Positions 53,601-64,000 of a DNA stretch of 64,000 bases are shown one piece after another (the first letter of the stretch is position 1; each line of letters opens with the position of its first letter). A model generated the notes under the pieces. That model saw only the letters and a program-made list of their open reading frames with translations, was not told the origin of the DNA and ran no database searches. A program made the position numbers and the translations under genes. This stretch comes from Tubiluchus corallicola (taxonomy: Eukaryota; Animalia; Priapulida): positions 124,001-188,000 of the forward strand of contig JAQGDQ010000234.1 of the NCBI GenBank assembly GCA_030141605.1. The letters run 5' to 3'.

Positions 53601-54778
53601 GAATTCTGGAGCAGCCAGGGTTAGGGTTAGGGTAACAGCAAATGATAATATACAATGAAACTAAGCTGTAAAGCCTTTTATTATACCTGTTTTGGGTATA
53701 ATAAAAGGCTTTACAGCTTAGTTTCATTGTATGTTATCATTTGCTGTTATAGTAAAATTAATTCAATAGCACAGCAATATGACCAAGCTTTTCTATGCTA
53801 GTTATTATGTGCCTGGGTCAAAAACATTCACTAATTATTATTTCTATTGTTTAGATAAGCACTACCTAGAAAATTCCATTGAAATAAATCACAAACTATA
53901 GGAAAAAACTAGTAAAATAAAATATTTAAAGGGAACTAAATAAGCCCTACCCTTCTGTGAAGCGTGTTTTTCGACTTTTTCCACGAAGTCATGACCTTTA
54001 GCCGATTTGTCCATCCTATCCTGCTCAACGCCAAATTTTCCTCCATACCCAAATGAAGACTTTGGCCCCTGTTCTCCCTTTATACGATCATCATCACTTT
54101 TTACCCCTTCACGCAACTGCTTTAAGCTGTGTTGTGAAAAACCAAGAAATTTATGAAACCTTCACTTTACGAATGCAGTCATGTGTTTTAGCAATACTAA
54201 ATGTTGCAAGTTCAATATCCAAATTTTTCTGATATTTATATATATTTACATATAAACACGACTATGTCGAACTGTAGGTATAAAAACAATTTTAATGCAA
54301 CTAAAGTTGCAATCTGCATGCAATACAATTCATAAAGTGTGAAAACTTTGCTTGCTGACAACTAAGAAAAAAAAATCTATAACAAATATACTACTAGATC
54401 CTACAGCCTAGAGTGACTCATGAGCAAATGAAAAAAACAGGTAAATAGGTAAGTGAAAGACTACTGTTAGTTCTTTTCTAAGAGGGCAGGTAAACAGAAA
54501 GCCTCGTCATCATCTTTAACTTTTTTTGCATAGAGCCATGTTAAAAACAGTCAGATAATGGTAAAACATCAATTAGATCAAAGGATATATAGACCAATAT
54601 AATTATGTCAGTATAAATCAGCTACTTACTCTACATGGCCCCTGTCAGGAGCTCCAAATCGTTGATCATGCTCAGACATTTCATTAACATAGTCTGGATC
54701 AGTTTCCCAGTCATCATTCTCTCCATCACCCCCATTTCTATCAAATTTGCTTATATGACCAGCTTGTGCCTTCCACAT
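44700..54778 (-). CDS. CTTN: Cortactin (Src substrate), ~563 aa, 14 coding exons, 7.5 cortactin repeats plus SH3
   Basis: Exons 54778-54630, 54126-53951, 53299-53189, 52656-52546, 51983-51873, 51214-51104, 50930-50820, 48469-48306, 47768-47634, 47308-47222, 47065-46922, 46388-46289, 45766-45669, 44783-44700. Motifs: MWKA start, DDWETDPDY (Arp2/3-binding NTA), GFGGKYGV repeats, coiled coil, SH3 [17 protein letters not shown]...GWWRG...GLFPANYV. Confidence 0.96.
45007..45325. mobile_element. Small element with subterminal inverted repeats and a TTAGGG-like tract (Helentron/HINE-like), with its 3' part tandemly duplicated
   Basis: TTTACAATTCTCCATACACA is inverted against TGTGTGGGGAATTGTAAA; TTAGGGTTAGGG tract at 45049-45087; ~115-bp direct duplication at 45094-45207 and 45208-45322. 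Confidence 0.5.
53633..53749. repeat. Near-perfect 55-bp-arm inverted repeat (hairpin) in a cortactin intron
   Basis: 53633-53687 is the reverse complement of 53695-53749 with one mismatch and a 7-nt loop; it is preceded by GGGTTAGGGTTAGGG. Confidence 0.95.
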
Positions 54779-56559
54779 TTCTGTATTGTAGCTTTACATG
54801 GAAAAATGAATAGCAGTTACTAGTAGTTATCAATTGATTAAACAAAGAAAGATACGTAACAACTGTATTTAAGGCTTACAACAACAATACTAAATTTATT
54901 AAATCATGAATTGGCTTAACAGCTTTCAGGGGTTTTTGTACACCATATGGACATTTGTCATGAAACACAACACTAATGACCACTTTCTTGCTGTACAATA
55001 ATCACTTTCCTTTAAGTACTAACTAAAAATGAATGTTATTTGCTGACACTAATCAATCTTTGTCTAATAACAAATAAATAACTTTGAAAGAATCTGTTAA
55101 CCTATAGTTGAATAGGGAAGACATATATCCGGATGAAGGCTAATTGCCTTCCTGTTACTTTATAAAGCCTACATAAGCTGATAGGCAATTGACTATAAAT
55201 GTTTAATAAACATTTCTTTAAATTTAACAAGGGATATTCCATACTTAAAATGAACATTTAAGTAATAATATAAACATTTTGGTATGTATAATTGTAATGA
55301 ATAAGTCTCTATGATGTCTTAACCACTTTTGGATTTGTATACATCCTCTCTCAACAAGGGAAATAGCCAATGGCAATATAGTAGAAGCAGTTTTCCCACC
55401 CGTTTACTAACCAGGCTCAATGCTGTCTACACTTTGCAGGTGGTAGTACTTGTTGCACTGTTAGAACACTTTATTTGGGAGATTTTAACTCATTGTCATT
55501 CTGTATTTTGCTCTTTTGCATGGTTTTGTTTCACACCTATAATCACCAGCATCAGTACTAATTCTTAAGAATTATATTATTGCTTATTATTAACTAATTA
55601 TAATTTTAATTGTTCATGGAAGAGCTGCATTATACATGGTGTTACTATTTTGTCTATTCTAATGCTTGTCACATTTTCACTGTAAATTTTCTACTCTTTC
55701 AATTCGTATATAATTTGAGTTCAAAATAAGTTTTTCACAACGAATATAAAATAGTTCATTTTCATGCTCTTGTTCTTTGCCACTGCAATTTACTATTAAT
55801 TTTATTAACTAGACAACCGTATGGTTTTCCATCACTCCATCTATGTGTACATATTGTGTTAAAACTGTGTCATAATGTAATGAGCATAAGACTGAGACAA
55901 ATAAAAGAACTGAATTGAATTGCAGTGAATTAGAGCTTACAACATCGCTGTTCTCTCCCCTGAACACAAGTAATGAAAATGGAAGAAACTGTAACTTGCA
56001 TAAAAACTTTTATGCAACAATTTGATGACTCACCAAGTTACACCAACACTATCACTGAAAACGCGTCTGTACAGATAAAGAGAATGTACATGACTTGCAT
56101 AAAATGTGCAAGTGGCTGATAAATAATGTACTAATTGGTCATAACTGCCTGAACTAAATGTTATAGCCACAAACTAAATCATACATTTTATTGAATACAA
56201 TAACTACAACTATAATAACAGTGACTTGGATGAGTTGGCAGCTAGTCTTTAAGTGGTAAGCATATTTTTAAACATTTCCACTTATCAGGGTTGGGCTCAT
56301 GGTCAACATGTATAACATTTACGGCTATTAATGGGGCCTATGCTGATTAAAACTAAAAGGTTTTTAAACAAGACTGCCTTTTCGTAATTTTGTAGATCCG
56401 GACTGAAGAATTTGTAAAATATATTTATAAAATTTATAATGACTCATGAACCTGAACTAACTGATACAGCAAAACAATAATTTTGAGGAAAACGGTAGTG
56501 AAGCGGGGAAGTGGGTTGAAATTATTAACAATCGCGCATTCGATTTATTACAGAAAAGA

Positions 56560-56900
56560 TTTATGCTAATTTTCGATCCTTTCCAGAAGTAACAGAAACT
56601 GCAACTACTAAAATCCGACATTTTTTACGTAAATTAATCACTTTCAATACACACATACCATCAACGCTAGCCAAAATTAATTCTTAGCCGGAAATGAAAA
56701 TGCTATCAACAATAGGAGAACTCTTTCTCTCATAAATGGCTGTACTAAGTGTAAATAGAGAAAGTGACGAAATTACCTATTGTTACGTATTTCGTTTTTG
56801 CGATTAGCGGCTACGCTGGCGGCATCAAACGGCGGATGATTAAAAAATTTTGAGCGGCGCATTGACTGTAATAATAATATTCTTAAGTTCACCAATAATG
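56560..56900 (-). promoter_or_regulatory. Probable cortactin promoter / non-coding first exon
   Basis: Locally CpG-richer sequence, CCGGAA ETS-like site, and a minus-strand donor G|GTATG at ~56659. The first coding exon starts just after an acceptor (CAG|AAATG). Confidence 0.35.
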
Positions 56901-58754
56901 TTGGCATACGCGCAATTTCGATAAGCCAAAATCACTATTGCGTTTTTAATAAAAGAAGAATATCTCAATTAAAAACAATTATTAGTTTAAAAAAACTGAA
57001 AACATTTCATGAAAAGGAAAAAAATTGTAGCAATAAGTTTCTATTATGTACTTGCAAATACTTCTTCAGTTTTCTTGTAAGTAAAATTTTATTGTTCTTT
57101 CCTGAGGAAAGAGGCTAGCTGACTAAAGCAATGCATTTTTTATTGATTTATTGATTTTTCTCTCCTTCCCTCTCTTAGAGAGAAAGAGAGGGAGGGAGAG
57201 AGAGAGAAGAGAGACAGACACAGAGAGAAATCGTTCTTTTCTTTTTGTTGAAAGTTCTGCCATTTGTTTCTTGGTCATTTTACTCCAAAGCGAGGTAGCG
57301 GATTTGGCACAGTAAAAATTGCACCCATTTACGTGCATCTCTATAATTACACATATATTATATTGTAGGTTTGTATATAAATAATGCGCACATGCACGCA
57401 TGCACACAACAAATAATTGCATACAGTGCTTCATATATAAATAATCAATACAGTAGTAGAACTGCCAGCCTAGGGCATCGTAACGTCTTGATACACCCAT
57501 GCACACACACACTCGCATACATGTATGATGCATGCATTATTACATACAAAGATTCTATGAAGCTGAGGCTATATGTATTTAGCTATATAAAATGATTGCC
57601 ATTAGCACCTAGGCCTGTTTGTTAAACGTGATTTTACAACCAACTCCAACTCATAACAAAGGCCAATGTATGATTATATGCTTTTTAAACATCTTTTAAC
57701 TTGGAATTAACAAAACATGCAAATGCTTAGATTAAGTTTTGTTCTGGAAAAATTATTTGCTCCCCAGAAAAAATTACGATTTTTTTTCTATGAAAGGTGT
57801 TACACATGAAAGTCAGGCCTAATATTTCTTCAACTTAGATTTCCTGATAAGAACATATTAAATAGGAATGTTTTTTTAGAAAAAGCATTTCTCCAGAAAT
57901 AGAATACTACATGAGCCAGGTATTTGCAAACTTTCTTTATGATCAACTTTCTTAACTTCTTTTGTAAATAAGCCTATTAATTTCCGTGAGATATGAATAT
58001 AATAGTTTTTTTTAACTTCTGTTATTCTTAATGCCTCATGCTTGCTTTAAATGATATTCAAAAATATAACAGCTGCTGTATATCGCCAAAGACGGATGTA
58101 GGCCTTCCAGTCTTTGCTTAGTGTACAAAATATTTAACTTGTAACAAAAGTTACAAAACTGTGTTATAAGTAGCATTTTGTTATAATTACTTGCGTGCAT
58201 CCTCGGGAAATTTAAAAGCATATTTTTATTTGTGTTTTTGCAACTCATCGCTGAGCAATTTATGAGCACCTGTCGACCGGTCTGACTTTGGTGGTCTCAC
58301 AATTCACTGCTACAGTACACACCGGTGTGCAAACAGCTTGCGCTAGGGCGTACCTGAAAACAACAGTCCGTACTGCTGTGCTGCTAGGGCGACACTCACT
58401 GCGCGAACTGTTGTGCAGCAGCCTCTCTACTTTCTGTCGTCCATATTCTTTGACTGTACCGTACTTCCAAAGAACAGGGACCACAGACCTAAATTTTCTT
58501 ACACTTAGGTACTTCTGTGTTGAAATTACTTATGTTAGAGAACATGAAAATACTACGTGACGCTGAAAAATAATGCGTTTTCTGTTTTTCTTTTCTTTTC
58601 ATAATAACTTGGTCCTCGTCTACCGGATGAATCTAAACTTCTAAAGACAAGTTATAACAAAAAAAAACTCATTTAGCTTGTGATGACATCATAATTCAAT
58701 GACGTGTTGCAAATGACATGCTGCTAACTGGTCATATAATTTTACTATACTTTA

Positions 58755-59415
58755 CTTTACACTGGTGTTCTGCAGCGTGATTGTCCAAGCCCTATTCTCT
58801 TCATATTTTATCTTGCAACAATCTTGAAGGAAACAAATTACGTGCCACCTACACAGCTTGTAGATTATATGTACACAATTCTAGGTCCAAATTCAATCTG
58901 TCCAACTATTCAGCAAGGGCATAATTATGCAATATTTGGATCTCCTTCGAGTTTCTTGCCAGTGCAATATGCAGATGATATTGCATGGTTAGCAGCTCAA
59001 AAACATTTTTAAAAATCCAAAACTTACTATACAAACTAAGCTACAGATTCTATCATCACTTGACGAAACCTGTATTCTTGTATAATTCTGAATTGCGGAC
59101 AGAGTTGCCGAGAAGAATGAACTCGATGCTTTCCAAAGACGTATGCTTTAGCAAAGAAGAAGGAATGGAGTGAGGTCAAACAAAAGCGTCAACTTAGAAT
59201 GATAGAACATGTCAACAGATTGCCACAGGATTCTCCACTTACTATAGCATTACAGGAGGACAGCTCATCACATATTTAGATGTCCTGAAAAGACTTATTA
59301 AATAATCTACTTGACTTAAATGGCGTGAATGCTTGGCATTAGGCAACACTTTAGATGGCATCAAATTACGAGTGGTGCTGTGTTGCATAATGGAAACACC
59401 TAAAATGATGATGAT
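58755..59415 (+). mobile_element. Decayed non-LTR retrotransposon RT fragment (RTE-like)
   Basis: Fragments TGVLQRDCPSPILFIFYL, PVQYADDIAW and KPVFLYNSE, with frameshifts and an ATGATGATG tail. Confidence 0.7.
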
Positions 59416-61807
59416 AATATATTTTACTAATTGGATTCAATAATGCTCAAAATAATTTTCCAAATTCCCTTAAACAACATTACTAAATAGCATAAATTAC
59501 ATATTATGGAAGCAGCTGTAATTAAATATTTCTAACAATTTTATGTTTCTCCTTATATCAGAATTATGACTTTAAATCCTCTTGCATAATTCTCAGATCA
59601 AATTCTGAACTAGTTTCAATTTTTTGCATTTTGAATCCTTCAACGAGAATTTGTTTAAAGTTTTTTCTTTGGTAAATTGGTAGTAAATTTCAAACTATTT
59701 CATGCTCACAACCTGTTTTCTTAACACATCACAAACGAATTCTGCTATAATTACAATGCAAAATTAAGGCCTGTGTTTGCTACGCATTCTGCATTCTACC
59801 TTGCGTTACTTAGGGTTAAGACTATTTTCCATGGTATTTGTCCTTCAAATGAAAACAAATTGTACTTAAACAAGGATATAAATACTGTAAAAAATCATTA
59901 TGAATACTAAAGACTTGTTCTTGCATACTTGGCGTTTTATTAGCACTTTTGCTCCCGTTTGTTGTCTGTTACTGCAAGTTACTGTGCATTGTCAACAACA
60001 CTGCACAAGTGCATTGACAAGCTTAAACATTTAACAGCAACCAAAACAAGCTAAAGTAGCAGGATTCTACACACGATTTTTTGTAACTGCTTTTTGCAGT
60101 AAAACCATAATATTGCAAGTAATGTGTAAAGTAGTTCCTGGTCACTGCACCATAATCCCGATTACGTTGTGACTGTATTTTATGCAACTGTTGATAAGCA
60201 ACACAAGTCAGTACTAAACACATTAAAACTCAAACCTATATAATAATATTTTTATATATTAAGACAGAGGCAAGTAGTTGTACAAACATGTTCGACACCT
60301 TGCAGGATACTGAAACAGACAGCTAAGAACACATTCATCCCACAAAACAATAATTACCTTGCTCATAAGTAAATAACTTTCAATAAAATATACATGTGTA
60401 CAATGTTATTCACTAATGCAAGTTTAAAATAAGATGAGCGATAGAAAGTTAAATAATTTAAATTTCTAGGATTTCTATAGCTAATCTCGGATGTCATCAC
60501 ACTACAAATGTCACTATCTTATTATACAAGTTTAAACAGAGAATTTCAAGTGTGCGAAACAAATTACTTTGAAACAGTGATTACAACAAATTGTTAAAAA
60601 GTAAACAATAACAACAGCAAGAATGCAATTCGTTATGATTTGTTTTAACACAAAGTGTGTGAGAAGTTACTTTATCAATTCTATAAACGAAACTAAATTT
60701 GAAAACAAAGTTATAAAGTGTGGCAAAATAACGATAAAATTGATAAAAATAAACAAATAGAAAACCACACAGAAACGGTGTGAACAGCGCGTAACATGTT
60801 ATTAGGCAGGAGTAGTCAGCAGACAACAGGGCATTTGTTGCGCATTGTAAAAACCAAACTTATAAATGCCTCTCACGACATTGTTCCACTGCATTGTTTC
60901 ATTACATTGCTCCAGTACATATAGACTAAATACCATTTATGTAAAAAGCAAATCAAAACATTTGCGCACACATAACAATCAAAAACATGTAACAAAAGAA
61001 TAAATTTATACATACACATGTATTAATATATATAATATATATATTCTCGTCTATTTAAAATCTTGTTTGTGGATGTACACGATTCAAGTCCGCCATTGGA
61101 TACTGGTATATAGATATTAATAATAATAATTCAGCAGCTTTTGCTCTACTAAGATCCTTTAGATCAAACTTAGATTAATAGATCATATTAACAGACTTTG
61201 ACAGTGCAGAACAATTAGATATAATGTAAATTTCCAAAGTTAAATGGGCAAAAATTTCAGATACACAACATGTACCAACACACCTGAAAACATGAAATTG
61301 TTTATATAATATATTGTCTGAATAAAAACTCAAACTCTAAACATTGCAGTTTTTACTCATAAACTTTTTCTCTGAATGTATTTGCTTGTCAAAATAAATG
61401 TTTGCTTTAATCTCAACATGTTTCACCTTATAATTACAGTACTTTTAGTAAAACATTTTAATCACAGGACAGTAAATCTAAATAATTTAATTTTTATGCT
61501 CTCTTGCACAGCTATGCACAGCATGTTCAATCTTAAATATTTTTGTGCCTATGAATGCCATAAATATAAAATTTAACCTGTAAATGGTTTCAGTTATGAA
61601 CCTTTCATCTCCCAGTCAAACGATTTAAAAATTTACAGGGCAAAGGGCAGCACCATTTTTCGGATAGCACTACTACAGCTCACAAAGTGACTGAAATTAA
61701 CTGCTTTTGATAAACCAACAATGAAAATTATCTTATCATTGAATAATTGTCAAAAATCTATTTACTACAAGCTATACAGAACAATCATGGAACTAGTTCA
61801 TCTGATG

Positions 61808-63833
61808 CTAATTCACTAGAAGTGTGTGGGATTCCATTGGGGCAGCAGAGTCATACAGAGTGTCTGTATCTTGCGTTGGCTCACCTTGCAGTTGGCATTG
61901 ATTTTTCAATGTGCCAGCACCACAGTCACAGAAGAAACTACAGAAAATATGAATGTCAATGATGTAATCGTCTCTAAATTATTATCTGAAACATAGAATT
62001 ACAATTGCGACCAATTTGGATATCATTAGTAGCTAAAATGCTACCTACCGATCATGGCGAATAAATTCAACGTTGTGTCCGGAATGGCAAACTTTTATGC
62101 AATTAACACAGATCGCATTTCTCTCAGTTGTGTTGCACGTTCGACATCTAAAACAAATACTGGCCTATAATACTATGACAATAAACTGAAGTTCTACGAT
62201 AACATATGGTAAGTCAATGAACACATTATAAATTAGCTTAGCACAGGCTAGCACTCCTCCTAAAAAACAGTTTTAAGTTTCACTACTATATGTGATTTTG
62301 GAAGTCAGAAATTTTTCTAGCATTATGTAGAAAATTCTGGTTAGAACATTCTAAGCCTGTCTAACATCAAAACTCTTCCTAAATTCAAATGTAGCCCTAC
62401 ATGAAAGCTTCAGGCTGACTTCAAACAAAAGAAAGACATTTTCTGAAAACTTGTGCCATTGCAACAATAGTTATCAGAAAAAATGTAAACCTTAAAAACT
62501 GTTAGCAACAAAAAAATGAACATCTCGCACTTGAGTTGCTGTGAAAGAAAAAACCATGTACCTGTAAAAATCATGCATTGGAAAACTTGTGTAGCTTGAT
62601 ATTTTATATAGACACTGTCCATGCTTTACAGCTTTCTCCACTGAATTGCGATTATCAAACATTTTATTATCTGAAAAAAATTGCAATAATAATATGGATA
62701 CAACTCTACGTCCATACTGCAAAATCTAACTCATCGGTATTCATCAAAGTACAGCTACAAAAAATCTTTGGTAATAAACAAATAGCAGGGAGATCCAGTG
62801 TTGCATATCATATAATAACAAAAGACCATTTCTAAGTAGTCTCGCTATCAATGACAATATTAGTTTCGTGTTTTTTATTCACCTTTGAGAATTGGCAAGA
62901 CGCCACTTGCAAGACAAAGGCCTCCAAATTTATTATTGAATATCTGGTTTCCTTCCAGTGTAGCAGATGCATTATTGGTTATTTCCACTCCAGCTGCCAT
63001 GCCGTCAAAAATGCGATTAGCACGTAGCGTTGGGTGACTCTGAGTGCTGATCAGAACTCCTGCTTGTGCATTTCTGAAGATTTCATTTTCTTCAAGTACA
63101 CCTATAATATAATAAGAAATAAAGTACCTTAGTACCCTTTTTTAAAAAGTGTCCTATAAAATATGAAGTTCAATAAAAACAAGCAAATAGATAAGACAAA
63201 TAATTCAACTGTTGTAATTTATATCTGTTTATTATGTATGTGATTAATAAAAGTGTACTTGAATAAGGTTACATTTACATGTTACATGATGACCTACATA
63301 ATTATGAACTGTGTTAACACACGAAAGTACCGAATATGTAAATAGATAGATAGATGGACAGACAGGTAGACAGACAGAGAGATATAATAAATATAAAACA
63401 CAGTAATTTAAACAAACCTTTGCCTCTGTTAAATATACAAATCCCTCCATCTCGGCCATCATGAATTTTGTTTTTTCGCAGCAAAGGATTGCTATCCGTT
63501 TTAATCCACACTCCAGCCATGGCATTATCGAAAATCTCATTACATTCAAGATTTCCTAAACCGCCGTTATAAACAAGGACACCACCATTTTGTCCTCCCC
63601 ATATCTTGTTCTTTCTAATTAGTGGGTTACTTCCAGTTCTTTAACAGAAACATATAAAAAATTCATAACATTGGCAACACTAATATATGAATATTAAAAA
63701 GCCACTTAGAAAGAAACGTATACATGATGAACAATTATTTTTGTTACCTAATTTGAACGCCGGAATAAAGATGGTTGAAGATATCATTCTCTTCTAATGT
63801 GCCATGTCCATTGTCGTAAAAGTATACACCAAC
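61808..63833 (-). CDS. FBXO11: F-box only protein 11, last six coding exons (CASH/PbH1 repeats and UBR-box); 5' part outside window
   Basis: Exons 63833-63748, 63638-63418, 63101-62883, 62670-62562, 62147-62049, 61937-61808 join in frame: [11 protein letters not shown]...[15 protein letters not shown]...[15 protein letters not shown]...[41 protein letters not shown]...RFFCDCGAG...[20 protein letters not shown]. Confidence 0.97.
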
Positions 63834-64000
63834 CTGTATTAAATCAGAGGGAATTATTTACTGTAAAAACAGCTACCAACAGTGCTTCAAAACCCTTTGA
63901 TAAAAGTTGCTCTACTGCTCAGTAATGTAGTGAGGCTAGTAAAAACGGAATCCATTAAACAAAACTAGGGCATCGATGTGGATCCAAAGACTATCCTTGA

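Noticed and set aside
57123-57533. 136-aa minus-strand ORF
   Set aside because: It is made of low-complexity CA/GA tracts and has no recognisable domain or splice context.

Overview
AT-rich, intron-containing animal (invertebrate-like) nuclear DNA. No prokaryotic features, CRISPR arrays, rRNA or tRNA were recognised. I assembled seven protein-coding genes by hand from GT-AG splice sites with consistent phases: the 3' end of TTC8/BBS8 (+), an uncharacterised 14-exon secreted, probably GPI-anchored, internally duplicated Cys-rich protein (+), intronless bZIP CREBZF/Zhangfei (+), RABAC1/PRA1 (-), L-lactate dehydrogenase (+), cortactin with 7.5 repeats (-) and the 3' end of FBXO11 (-). Introns and spacers hold four decayed non-LTR retrotransposon fragments, several TIR-bounded MITEs (TA-flanked pogo/Tc1-like, Harbinger-like, one nested), long hairpins and satellites. 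Most interesting are the uncharacterised protein, a duplicated cortactin exon with 15 synonymous and 0 non-synonymous differences, splice signals bracketing the CREBZF ORF, and a duplicated upstream block in which only one copy has a CTCF-like motif. I found no clear evidence of a wholly new multi-gene system. Gene names come from remembered motifs, not database searches.
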